A stretch of 64,000 nucleotides of DNA from Candidatus Daviesbacteria bacterium (GTDB taxonomy: Bacteria > Patescibacteriota > Microgenomatia > Daviesbacterales > UBA10151), in the NCBI GenBank assembly GCA_030699125.1, contig JAUYKM010000016.1:12845-76844 (forward strand). The letters are read 5' to 3'. Numbering within the stretch: position 1 is the first letter of the stretch; each line of letters begins with the position of its first letter. Below are positions 20,598 to 29,819 of this stretch, piece by piece. A program made the translations under genes and the position numbers. The notes under the pieces were generated by a model. It saw nothing but the letters and a program-made list of their open reading frames with translations. It did not search any database and was not told where the DNA came from.

Positions 20598-21955
20598 ATC
20601 CTTTTAACCCTTGGGCCCTCTGGAGTATCTTCAATATCGTATCCTAACTTTTTAATCTTATGTCTTAGTTTATCCGATTTTTTAAAATCTCCTGATTTTC
20701 TAATGGATTCGCGTTCTGTTACTAGTCTACTTACATTTGCCGGCACCTCAATCGGTTTGCCTAAATATTTATCCAACCCAAGTCCCAAAACTTTATCCAT
20801 TTTCAAAAGCGTTTGATACTTACTAGTTGTTGGGGTATTTGAGCGGACCATTTCCCAGACAACCGCAACAGCTTGCGGTATATTAAGGTCATTATTAGCA
20901 ACATCAAGAAACCTCTGCCAGAATTGATCTGTACTACCTTTAGGTTGTTCTGATAGTCCAATCTCTTCATTCCATCCCCTAATTTCTTCTCTTAAATTAT
21001 TTAAAGCATTCTGAGCAGCTTGCAAAGACGCCCAGGTAAAATTTAATCTTTCTCTGTAATGGGCAGTTAAACAAAGGTATCTAAATGCCAATGGATCAAA
21101 GTTCCTCTCTTCTAGATCTTTCAATTTATAAAAATTGCCTGCTGATTTTGCCATTTTTTGTCCGCCAACCAAAAGATGTTCTCCTTCCATAAAGAAATTG
21201 ACGAATTTTTTTCCTGTTTTTCCCTCTGATTGGGCAATCTCATTTTCGTGGTGAGGAAATATTAAATCCACCGCCCCTGCATGAATATCAAAAGTATCTC
21301 CCAAATACTGCTGGCTCATTACAGAACACTCAATATGCCAACCAGGTCTACCTCTTCCCCATGGAGAATTATATCCCACTTCATCTGCCTGAACTGATTT
21401 CCATAAAGCAAAATCCTGCGCATCATCTTTGCTATACTCATCAGATAGGATTCTTGTTCCGCTTTTTAGCTCCCTTTTATCCAGTCCAGATAGTTTTCCA
21501 TACTCAGGAAATTTAGAAATATCAAAGTAAACCGAGCCATCTTTTTCTACATAAGAGAGTTTTTTCCTTATAAGTTCCTCAATATATTTGATCATATGAT
21601 CAACATATTCTGTGGCTTTGGGGAAAATATTAGCATATTTAATATTCAGCTTGGCAAGATCCATCATAAAAGCACGTTCAAAAGGAGCGGAAAATTCACT
21701 AATCCCTATACCTTTTTCCTTTGCTCCTTTTATTATTTTGTCATCAATATCAGTTATATTCATTACCCTTTTTATCTCATATCCACTAATTTCTAGGACC
21801 CGCTGCAAAATATCTTCAAAAATAAAAGTTCTCAAATTCCCAATATGTACAAAGTCATAAGTAGTTGGTCCGCAAGTATACATGCCAACATGAGGTGGAT
21901 TTATGGAAGTAAAATTTTCTACTTTTTTGGATAAGGTGTTATAAAATTTGAGCAT
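20594..21955 (-). CDS. cysS: Cysteine--tRNA ligase
   Basis: YTCGPTTYD, HIGN, GRPGWHIECS, FPHHENEIAQS and KMAKS motifs. Confidence 0.98.
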   Translation of the reverse strand: MLKFYNTLSKKVENFTSINPPHVGMYTCGPTTYDFVHIGNLRTFIFEDILQRVLEISGYEIKRVMNITDIDDKIIKGAKEKGIGISEFSAPFERAFMMDLAKLNIKYANIFPKATEYVDHMIKYIEELIRKKLSYVEKDGSVYFDISKFPEYGKLSGLDKRELKSGTRILSDEYSKDDAQDFALWKSVQADEVGYNSPWGRGRPGWHIECSVMSQQYLGDTFDIHAGAVDLIFPHHENEIAQSEGKTGKKFVNFFMEGEHLLVGGQKMAKSAGNFYKLKDLEERNFDPLAFRYLCLTAHYRERLNFTWASLQAAQNALNNLREEIRGWNEEIGLSEQPKGSTDQFWQRFLDVANNDLNIPQAVAVVWEMVRSNTPTTSKYQTLLKMDKVLGLGLDKYLGKPIEVPANVSRLVTERESIRKSGDFKKSDKLRHKIKKLGYDIEDTPEGPRVKRI

Positions 21956-21969
21956 GAGGATTATTTATA

Positions 21970-22395
21970 TTAGGCAGCCATTTTACTTTTATTTTCAATA
22001 CTAGATGTAGGAGTAGGTGCTAACACAGTTTGCTTTTTCTGTTTTTGTTCAAAAAACTTAAATCTCCCATCCTGTTTTTTATTTTCTGTTTGTTGCAGTC
22101 TTTGTTCCTCTTTTTGTTTCATTTCTTGCCTGACTTTAAGTTGTTCTTCTTGTGTCTTTTTCCAAAAGGCAATTTTTCTTCTGGCTTCTGCTAATTTTTT
22201 CTGATCTTCCAGTTGTTTTTGTTTACCCTGAGTGGAGTCGAAGGGCTGCAGTTGTTGAGCAGTTGGGGTACCGGCTGCAGATTGAGCTGCCTGTTCCAGA
22301 GAACGTCCTACTTCATCTTTTAAATCCTGAGCCACTTCTCCCACTGTCTGGCCCATCTCATCTGTAAATTGCTTAACTCCTCCTGAATCAGCCAT
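21970..22395 (-). CDS. Hypothetical Q/K-rich coiled-coil protein
   Basis: 141-aa ORF co-oriented between recR and cysS. Confidence 0.7.
   Translation of the reverse strand: MADSGGVKQFTDEMGQTVGEVAQDLKDEVGRSLEQAAQSAAGTPTAQQLQPFDSTQGKQKQLEDQKKLAEARRKIAFWKKTQEEQLKVRQEMKQKEEQRLQQTENKKQDGRFKFFEQKQKKQTVLAPTPTSSIENKSKMAA
22226..22245. repeat. Palindromic element family D, in frame
   Basis: CCCTGAGTGGAGTCGAAGGG; encodes PFDSTQG; related to 36547 and 54744. Confidence 0.75.
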
Positions 22396-22413
22396 GATTA
22401 AATCATAACATAT

Positions 22414-23010
22414 CTAATATTCTTTTCTGCCCTCCAATGCTCTGGATAATGTTGTTTCATCTGCATACTCTAAATCAGCCCCAACAGGCAAACCTCTGGC
22501 AATTCTGGTTATTTTTATCCCTAGAGAAGAAAGCAATCTTTGAATATACATGGCTGTGGCTTCTCCCTCCATGGTTGGGTTGGTAGCTAGAATTATTTCT
22601 TTAACTGATCCCTCTTTTAGTCGCGGCAGAAGTTCTCTTATATGAAGCTCATCTGGCCCGATATTATCCATTGGTGATATGACTCCATGCAAAACATGAT
22701 ATAGTCCTTTAAAATTGGCTTTCTCCAGAGCAATTACATCTAGAGGATTCTCCACCACCATAATTATAGTTTTATCGCGGGAGTCATCTGAACAAATATT
22801 ACATGGATCTTCTTCTCCAATATTAAAACAAATAGAGCAGATTTTGGTTTTATCTTTCATCTCTAAAGCTGCTTCTGCTAATGCTTTTGATTCCTCTTTT
22901 GGGGCATGCAGAAGATAATAAGTTAATCTTTCCGCAGTTTTGGGACCAATCCCAGGTAATCTTTCAAATGCCTCTATTAAATTTTGTATTGGTTTTGGAA
23001 TAGTTGCCAT
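22414..23010 (-). CDS. recR: Recombination mediator RecR
   Basis: LPGIGPKTAERL, C4 zinc finger, EIILATNPTMEGEATA and TRIARGLPVG. Confidence 0.97.
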   Translation of the reverse strand: MATIPKPIQNLIEAFERLPGIGPKTAERLTYYLLHAPKEESKALAEAALEMKDKTKICSICFNIGEEDPCNICSDDSRDKTIIMVVENPLDVIALEKANFKGLYHVLHGVISPMDNIGPDELHIRELLPRLKEGSVKEIILATNPTMEGEATAMYIQRLLSSLGIKITRIARGLPVGADLEYADETTLSRALEGRKEY

Positions 23011-23040
23011 TTCGAAGCTAATTGTAGCACACCAGCGCAG

Positions 23041-23319
23041 TTATGCTCCAGGAAGTCCCATTCCACCCATTAAAGGTCTCATTTCCTCAGCTGCTACTTT
23101 TTGAGACTGCTTAAGCGATTCATTAACAGCTTCTGTTACCTTTTGCGGATCCATATCACCGGAAATAGATACGACTTTTTGATCAGCTGTCATCACCACT
23201 GTTACTCCTTTATGTTCCACTGTGATCTTTATCCCGGCAAGTTTTTTTTGTACTTCCATAGCCTGATCTCTCATTTTTTTAAGATCACCAAGCTGTTTTA
23301 AATTATCCATTAAACCCAT
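23041..23319 (-). CDS. ybaB: YbaB/EbfC-family nucleoid-associated protein
   Basis: Size, sequence pattern and adjacency to recR. Confidence 0.8.
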   Translation of the reverse strand: MGLMDNLKQLGDLKKMRDQAMEVQKKLAGIKITVEHKGVTVVMTADQKVVSISGDMDPQKVTEAVNESLKQSQKVAAEEMRPLMGGMGLPGA

Positions 23320-23339
23320 ATGTGGATTATATCTTATTT

Positions 23340-23399
23340 GTCATTCCCGCGAAAGCGGGAATCTATATTTTATGGATCCCGCATCAAGTGCGGGATGAC
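23340..23399. repeat. Composite inverted pair of family A palindromes overlapping the folD stop; possible terminator
   Basis: GTCATTCCCGCGAAAGCGGGAATCTA...TGGATCCCGCATCAAGTGCGGGATGAC. Confidence 0.85.
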
Positions 23400-24232
23400 A
23401 GAGATCGTTGAGACGCCTCTGTCACATTTCTCAAAAGACATGCAATTGTTAAGGGACCAATTCCCCCAATAGTTGGACAATATAATTTGGCTTTTTGGGA
23501 AACTTCCTCTTCATTAATATCCCCATAAATTCTGGGCTGCTCATCTATTATCTCTTTCCCAACTCCAACTCCTATAACATATGCCCCATTTTTTATGTTA
23601 GATCCATTAATAATGTTTTTCTTTCCAGTTGCAGAGATAACAACACCAGCATTCTTGATAATTTTATTAGGATTTTCTGTCTTTGAATCTATCACAGTTA
23701 TACTGATTCCCTTATCTTTTAATAAATTTATTGTCGGCCCTCCTGCAGTTTTTCCTTTTCCCAAGATGACCACTTTTTTCCCTTTTAAAAAGTCTTTAGC
23801 GTTTTTAAAACTTTCATGTACTGCAAATGCTCCAATCATTTCCCACACCGCCAAGGCAGTTGCTCCTTTAAATGGTGAGTTTCCCAAAAATCCATCTACA
23901 TCTTTAGAGATAGTCACTTTTGATGAAATCTCATCAAAATCCCAGCCCTGATAGAGCGGATATTGGACAATGATTCCGTAAACTGATGCATCTCTATTTA
24001 AATTACTAACAGTTTCTAGGCATTTTTTTTCTTGATTAGAAGAAAATTCATAAAGTTTTGCCTTGATACCAATTTTTTCAGCAGTTTTTATTTTATTGTT
24101 CACATAAACTCTCGAGGATGGATTATCACCTGCCAAAATTATGGCTAAAGAGGGTTTTAAATTTTTCTTTTCTATTTCCTCTTTAAGTTTATTTAGTATG
24201 TTATCAGCAACTTCTCTTCCGGAAACTTTCAT
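23384..24232 (-). CDS. folD: Methylenetetrahydrofolate dehydrogenase/cyclohydrolase
   Basis: YVNNKIK, GIIVQYPL, KDVDG and PTIGGIGPLTIACLLRN motifs. Confidence 0.93.
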   Translation of the reverse strand: MKVSGREVADNILNKLKEEIEKKNLKPSLAIILAGDNPSSRVYVNNKIKTAEKIGIKAKLYEFSSNQEKKCLETVSNLNRDASVYGIIVQYPLYQGWDFDEISSKVTISKDVDGFLGNSPFKGATALAVWEMIGAFAVHESFKNAKDFLKGKKVVILGKGKTAGGPTINLLKDKGISITVIDSKTENPNKIIKNAGVVISATGKKNIINGSNIKNGAYVIGVGVGKEIIDEQPRIYGDINEEEVSQKAKLYCPTIGGIGPLTIACLLRNVTEASQRSLSSRT

Positions 24233-24256
24233 GAAGAATACTATATCATAAAGAAA

Positions 24257-25555
24257 CTAATCAATCCCAGGCACTGGAAATCTTCCAGCAAATTTTTCTA
24301 CTTCTCTTCTGATTTGTATTAAATTTTTATTCTGATGTAATTTAATTTTGGCCATTTTTAGAAAATCTTTTCTTTTATCTTGCTCTTTAGGTAAATCCAA
24401 TCCTATTATTTCTTCTAGTGCTCTTTTAATCCAGCTTGCCACCTTAATCATATCCTTTTCATCCATCCCACGGGTAGTAAGAGCTGGTGTTCCCAATCTT
24501 ATTCCCGAGGGATAAAAAGCTGATGCTGGCTCACCAGGAATGGTATTTCTATTAACAGTAATCCCTACCTCCTCTAGGGCATATTGAGCTTGATAACCCA
24601 TTCCATACCCATACCTTATCAAGGATAGAAGTATCAGATGAGTTTCAGAAATTGTTCCTAACTCCTTTGCTAAAAAAGAAGCATTCTTAGCAACTTGCTG
24701 AGCATATTTTTTAAATGAAGGCTTCAATGCTTCTTCTAAACAAACAGCAATAGCTGCTGTTTGATGATTATGTGGTCCACCTTGAGCACCAGGAATAATG
24801 GCTTTTTCTATTTTAGATTTTATGTCCGGATCTTTTTTTAAACCTCTCTCAGTTACCAAAATCATTGCTCCCCTTGGTCCCCTCAAAGTTTTGTGAGTGG
24901 TAGTCATAATAATATCCACATATGGGACAGGTGATTCATGCACTCCTGCTATTATTAGACCAGTTATATGAGAGCAATCCGCAACTAAAGTTGCCTCAAC
25001 TTCATCGGCAATTTTTCTAAATCTTCTGTAATCTAGTTTATATGGGTAAGCTGTTGTCCCTGCCCAGATTAATTTTGGCTTATGAATTTTTGCAAGTTTT
25101 TCCAATTCTTCAAAATCTATTTTCCAATCTTTACCAACATTATAATTAACAGCTTTATAAAAAATTGAAGAAAAACTCAAGTTGGCTCCATGAGTGAGAT
25201 GTCCACCAGATGCTATAGATAATCCCATCACTACATCCCCAGGATTACAAACGGCCATGGTAATAATTAAATTAGCAGGTGACCCTGAATATGGTTGGAC
25301 TAGAGCAACAGGTACCTTGAATAATTTTTTTGCCAAGTCAGAAGCATAATTTTCAATCTTATCTATTACTTCATTACCACCGTAATACCTTCTACCAGGA
25401 AAACCTTCTGAATATTTATTGGTGAGGATTGATCCTAAGGCTTTTAAAACATCTTCCGAGACATAATTTTCCGAAGGAATCATCTCCAGCCCATATTTTT
25501 GTCTGTGAGCCTCTTCTGCAATTAATGGAAAAACCTGTGATGCCATAGAAATCAC
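24257..25555 (-). CDS. glyA: Serine hydroxymethyltransferase
   Basis: MIPSENY, NKYSEGFPGRRYYGG, GGHLTHG and TTTHKTLRGPRG motifs. Confidence 0.98.
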   Translation of the reverse strand: MISMASQVFPLIAEEAHRQKYGLEMIPSENYVSEDVLKALGSILTNKYSEGFPGRRYYGGNEVIDKIENYASDLAKKLFKVPVALVQPYSGSPANLIITMAVCNPGDVVMGLSIASGGHLTHGANLSFSSIFYKAVNYNVGKDWKIDFEELEKLAKIHKPKLIWAGTTAYPYKLDYRRFRKIADEVEATLVADCSHITGLIIAGVHESPVPYVDIIMTTTHKTLRGPRGAMILVTERGLKKDPDIKSKIEKAIIPGAQGGPHNHQTAAIAVCLEEALKPSFKKYAQQVAKNASFLAKELGTISETHLILLSLIRYGYGMGYQAQYALEEVGITVNRNTIPGEPASAFYPSGIRLGTPALTTRGMDEKDMIKVASWIKRALEEIIGLDLPKEQDKRKDFLKMAKIKLHQNKNLIQIRREVEKFAGRFPVPGID

Positions 25556-25595
25556 ATGCTACATGGAAAAAGACACAGGTGTCAAGGTACATCAA

Positions 25596-25622
25596 GGTAC
25601 AATCAGTTCACATGATTGTACC
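25596..25622. terminator. Hairpin downstream of dnaX
   Basis: GGTACAATCA-7 nt-TGATTGTACC, a perfect 10-bp stem 9 nt after the dnaX stop; no strong U-tract. Confidence 0.45.
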
Positions 25623-25631
25623 AAGAAGATA

Positions 25632-27248
25632 TTAATTTACAGTATCAGAGTTAAAAATTTCTGCTGCGGCGCGGATAATTTCATCATCCGCTGCTATCTC
25701 AATATTGGCTACATCCTCACTTCTTGCCGGCCTACTTCCCAAAATAACAGATACTTTAATTGATCTTCCTAAAATATCAGACAAAATTGATTCTAAAAGA
25801 TCTCGATTTTTGGGAGCCTCCATTATTCTCTGATGAAATGAATATGGCACCTCAATTATAACTTGAGAATCCGTACAATCGGAAATACTGATAGATCTAA
25901 GGAGAGCTTCCAATGAAAAATTATAAGGCCTGATAGTTTCCAAAACAAAAGTCCATTTTTCTTTAAGTTTTAATATATCAGGGGAATCAGAATTTGACGG
26001 TGGATGATGGATAGTGGGAGATGGTTCTTTGATGATAGAAGGTTGAGAATGGATTTGCTCTTCTTCTATTTTCGATTCTCTATCTTCTACCACTACCTTC
26101 AACTCTCTAAGATCGTTAGATTGCAGGCTTTGCTTATTTTCTACTGTCTCAATTGACTCTGGACTACAGATCTCCACAACTGCCAATTCTAGCGGTAAGG
26201 AAGGAATGGAGGTGAATTTTGATTTCTCATAAGCCTTCTGTAGAATATCTAGAATTTTTATTAGCGTTTGGTTGGAAAAATTGGCCGATAATTCAACCAA
26301 ACTCTGATAGTTCTCATTGCTTAAGTGTGGCTCAACTAGTAGAGCTCCCAGACCGTTTTTAATCAAGACCAAATATCTTAAGTTTTCCATCAGTAGTAGA
26401 TTCAACTGTTTAAAATCAACACCCTTTTGGGCAAAATTTGACAGAATTGTTAACCCTGCCGTAGTATCTTTTTGTAATAGACAGTTTATCAATTTAAAAA
26501 TCTCACCAAAGCCACTTTCCTGGAAAATATTTTCTATTACTTCTTTGGTAATTTTTTTATCAAGACTGGCTATCTGATCTAATAGCTTAACCCCGTCTCT
26601 AAAACTACCTTCGGCCTTTTTTACCAGAGATTTTATGGCATCTTCTTCTATATCTATTTTTTCCTGCTTGATAATTTTTGATAAAGTCTCTTCTAATTCC
26701 TGGGGCGAGGCCAATTTAAAATCCAGTCTCTGAACTCGCGATAAAATAGTTTTTGGCATTTTGGAAACATCAGTGGTGGCCAAAATAAATAAAGCGTGAG
26801 AGGGAGGTTCTTCCAAAGTTTTCAGTAGAGCATTAAAAGCTTCGGTGGTCAGCATATGTACTTCATCAATAATGTAGACCTTTTTTTTACTACTGGTGGG
26901 AGAAAGCTTAATTTTCTCCCTCAAAGATCTAATGTCTTCAATCCCTCTATTGGAAGCGGCATCTATCTCAATAAGATCTAAGTTACTTCCATCAGTTATA
27001 GATAAACATGTTGTACACCTATTACAAGGAGAGTCCTTTTCTTCACAATTGACCATTTTGGCCAGAATTCTGGCAGTTGAAGTTTTACCAGTTCCCCGAG
27101 GCCCCACGAAGAGATAAGCGTGAGATAATTTATTGGCAGAGTAAGCAGATTGCAGAGTTTTTTTAACAGATTCTTGTCCAACTAGATCTTTAAGTGTCTG
27201 TGGACGATATTTCAAATAGAAAACCCCCATTAAACTTTGTTCTGCCAT
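25632..27248 (-). CDS. dnaX: DNA polymerase III subunit gamma/tau
   Basis: KYRPQ, GPRGTGKTS, EIDAASNRG and IIDEVHMLTTEAFNALLKTLEEPP motifs. Confidence 0.97.
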   Translation of the reverse strand: MAEQSLMGVFYLKYRPQTLKDLVGQESVKKTLQSAYSANKLSHAYLFVGPRGTGKTSTARILAKMVNCEEKDSPCNRCTTCLSITDGSNLDLIEIDAASNRGIEDIRSLREKIKLSPTSSKKKVYIIDEVHMLTTEAFNALLKTLEEPPSHALFILATTDVSKMPKTILSRVQRLDFKLASPQELEETLSKIIKQEKIDIEEDAIKSLVKKAEGSFRDGVKLLDQIASLDKKITKEVIENIFQESGFGEIFKLINCLLQKDTTAGLTILSNFAQKGVDFKQLNLLLMENLRYLVLIKNGLGALLVEPHLSNENYQSLVELSANFSNQTLIKILDILQKAYEKSKFTSIPSLPLELAVVEICSPESIETVENKQSLQSNDLRELKVVVEDRESKIEEEQIHSQPSIIKEPSPTIHHPPSNSDSPDILKLKEKWTFVLETIRPYNFSLEALLRSISISDCTDSQVIIEVPYSFHQRIMEAPKNRDLLESILSDILGRSIKVSVILGSRPARSEDVANIEIAADDEIIRAAAEIFNSDTVN

Positions 27249-27271
27249 AATAAAAATTGCAAAGATAAATT

Positions 27272-27688
27272 TTAAGAACTATGATGAACTCCCAAAAGGT
27301 GATTTACCCCGTGTTCCACAAGATTACGGATCTCTTCATCAACTGATATTCCATCAAGTCCGGCATCTTCAATTGCCTGTGGATAGGAGATGAGGATATC
27401 GCCCAACCGCAACCATGAATCCGGAGCTGCCACAAATCCCACCCTGGGAATATGTTGCAGATTGCTGGGAGTTGATTCCTCCAGGGCAAAAGATAGAATA
27501 TCTGTAGTAGAATCAATACCCCTATATCTCTTATTGAGTTCGTGCATTTTCCGATCGCCTACAATATTGACTCCCAGTTCTATTTTTCCCAAAATATGAT
27601 GTCTTTGTAAAGCAGTTAAAACTGCAGCCCTTATGGCTGCTTTGTTGATTCTATATCTTGGGTCAGATGAAACAATTATATTAATCAT
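27272..27688 (-). CDS. ybeY: rRNA maturation endoribonuclease YbeY
   Basis: LNKRYRG, TDILSF, LGDILIS and HGVNHLLGVHH motifs. Confidence 0.92.
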   Translation of the reverse strand: MINIIVSSDPRYRINKAAIRAAVLTALQRHHILGKIELGVNIVGDRKMHELNKRYRGIDSTTDILSFALEESTPSNLQHIPRVGFVAAPDSWLRLGDILISYPQAIEDAGLDGISVDEEIRNLVEHGVNHLLGVHHSS

Positions 27689-28137
27689 AAATTTTCAATT
27701 TTTAATTTCTCCTTAACGATACTACTTACAATATTCCCATCAACCCGGCCCGCCACTTTACTCATTACCTTCCCTATCACACTCCCCATTTCAGATACAC
27801 TTTTGGCTCCTAATTCATTTATAGTATCTTCTACCACTTTAGTCAATTCCTCAATTTCAAGCTGAGCAGGCAAATAGAAACTAAGTATCTGAGCCTCAGC
27901 TTCTTCCTTTAGAGCCTGATCTTCCCGGTTTCCCTGTCTAAAACCTACTGAGGCTTCTTTTCTTTTCTTAACCTCTTTTTGCATTACACTGACTATTTCC
28001 TCATCCGAGAGCGCCTCACCTTTTACAATCTGCGCATTTTTTATTTCTGATAGAAGCAGTCTTAGAGTGGAGACTTTCACTCCATCGCGAGCCAGTTGAG
28101 CTTGCTTTAAATCTGAATTTAGCTGATCAATCAACAT
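27685..28137 (-). CDS. yqeY: GatB/YqeY domain protein
   Basis: DLKQAQLARD...TLRLLLSEIKN...YLPAQL...MGSVIG; follows rpsU. Confidence 0.9.
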   Translation of the reverse strand: MLIDQLNSDLKQAQLARDGVKVSTLRLLLSEIKNAQIVKGEALSDEEIVSVMQKEVKKRKEASVGFRQGNREDQALKEEAEAQILSFYLPAQLEIEELTKVVEDTINELGAKSVSEMGSVIGKVMSKVAGRVDGNIVSSIVKEKLKIENL

Positions 28138-28141
28138 ATTC

Positions 28142-28339
28142 TCAATTGCCAAATCTTTTGGCTCTCATAATTTTTCGACGCTTTTCAGCCAGATACTCTT
28201 GCCTTAATTCTGAAGGCTTTCTATAAACAGATCTTTGTCTAATTTCCTGTACATGTCCCTCTTCAACAATCTTTTTCTGGAATTTTCTAATCAAGGAATC
28301 GGAACTATCTCCCGGTCCCGCCTTTACAATTATACTCAA
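28142..28339 (-). CDS. rpsU: 30S ribosomal protein S21
   Basis: DSLIRKFQKK...EIRQRSVYRKPSELR; AGGAGGTG SD upstream of TTG 28339. Confidence 0.88.
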   Translation of the reverse strand: MSIIVKAGPGDSSDSLIRKFQKKIVEEGHVQEIRQRSVYRKPSELRQEYLAEKRRKIMRAKRFGN

Positions 28340-28354
28340 ATAAAACACCTCCTT

Positions 28355-28687
28355 TTAAACTATTTTCTTCCATTTTCCGCCTAAAAAGTGAAAATGTAAA
28401 TGGGGAATATGTTGTGCTTTACCCCCATTTACTACCACTCTATATAAATTTTCCTTTAAGTTGTTTTCTGAAACCAGTTTATTGACCACCTCATACACAT
28501 GGACCAATAAATCACGATCATCATTTCCAATTTCCTCCATCCCCTTAATATGTTTTTTTGGCACCATAAGAAGATGTATCTCTGCTGAAGGATTGATATC
28601 AGGAAAAACTACCAATGATTCGGTCTCCAGATTAAATTCTTTTGGAATCTCTTTGTTGATTATTTTGCAGAAAAGACAGTCATTCAT
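28355..28687 (-). CDS. HIT-family nucleotide hydrolase
   Basis: DCLFCKII and QHIPHLHFHFLGG motifs. Confidence 0.93.
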   Translation of the reverse strand: MNDCLFCKIINKEIPKEFNLETESLVVFPDINPSAEIHLLMVPKKHIKGMEEIGNDDRDLLVHVYEVVNKLVSENNLKENLYRVVVNGGKAQHIPHLHFHFLGGKWKKIV

Positions 28688-29784
28688 GACCCTCCCACCA
28701 TCTTTTTCAGAAGATCCAGGGTTCTGGTTTGCCTTAAAGCATGTCTTAACTGAAGCTTAGGCTCTTGAGCACTAAATTGTTGCTTGACTCTTTGGTCTTG
28801 AATTTTATCTATTTCAGCCTGCAATTCTTGATCTGTGATTGAGACATTCTCTTGTCTGGCAATTTCAGCCAAACCTAATTCCATCCTGACATTTTTTTCT
28901 GCTTGTGGCCGCCATTCCGATTTGATTTGTTCCAAAGTTTTTCCCTGGCCCTTTAGATAATCCTCAAGAAGTAGTCCCATATCTGCCACCCTTCTTTGCA
29001 AAGAAACCAGCATTCTATTTAGCTCATCCTGGATTAATACATCAGGAATTTCTACGGTGGTGATTTTTTCCACTTCCTGTAAAATGGCTTCTTCGAAGTC
29101 AAGTTCATTATTGTATGAAACATTTGATTCTAGATCTTTTCTGACCTTACCGAGTAGATCCATCAAGTTATTGGCCCCCATGGCTTTGGCAAAAGTATCA
29201 TCCGGTCCTTCTGTTTTACCGTTAGTAGGAGCAGCTTGTGTTTGTCCTCCTTGAAAATTTATTGATCCGGTTTGTGATTGCTGACCCGCTGATCCACCGA
29301 CTTGCTGACCTACTGAACTTGGCTGTCTGCTTTTCCACCTTTTAAAAAGATCATCAATTACTTTATTGACATCTTCATCTGTGACAGTTTTAGGAGTAGG
29401 TCTTGCGGCCTTAATTGTTTTGTAATTTCCCACGCTGACCTGTGGTCTGTTGGTGATCGCGGCCTTAAATTGTAATTGTTGCCCTTTGACAAAAGAGATT
29501 AGATCATATTTTGGGTAGTCAATTGGCACAATATCAGATCCTTGCAGAGCCTGAATTAAAAAATTGGGCATGGCCTGCTTTAAAACTTCATCCTGGAGTT
29601 TAGTTCCTAAATTTTGCTCCACCATCAGAGTGGGGGCTGCCCCTTTTCTAAATCCCGGCAGTTCCAGATCCTGGGCCATTTTCTGCAATGTCTGATCCCA
29701 CAGGGCTTGCATATCTGCCCATGGCACAGTTATAGTCACCTCAACCGAAGATTTAGGTAATTTGTTAATTGTTTTAGAAATCAT
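28684..29784 (-). CDS. tig: Trigger factor lacking a recognisable FKBP/PPIase domain
   Basis: LPGFRKGAAP ribosome-binding motif and C-terminal chaperone domain, with a Q/G-rich middle linker. Confidence 0.88.
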   Translation of the reverse strand: MISKTINKLPKSSVEVTITVPWADMQALWDQTLQKMAQDLELPGFRKGAAPTLMVEQNLGTKLQDEVLKQAMPNFLIQALQGSDIVPIDYPKYDLISFVKGQQLQFKAAITNRPQVSVGNYKTIKAARPTPKTVTDEDVNKVIDDLFKRWKSRQPSSVGQQVGGSAGQQSQTGSINFQGGQTQAAPTNGKTEGPDDTFAKAMGANNLMDLLGKVRKDLESNVSYNNELDFEEAILQEVEKITTVEIPDVLIQDELNRMLVSLQRRVADMGLLLEDYLKGQGKTLEQIKSEWRPQAEKNVRMELGLAEIARQENVSITDQELQAEIDKIQDQRVKQQFSAQEPKLQLRHALRQTRTLDLLKKMVGGS

Positions 29785-29819
29785 GCTGGGAAGTATTGTA
29801 TTAGAAATGAGCCTTAAAA

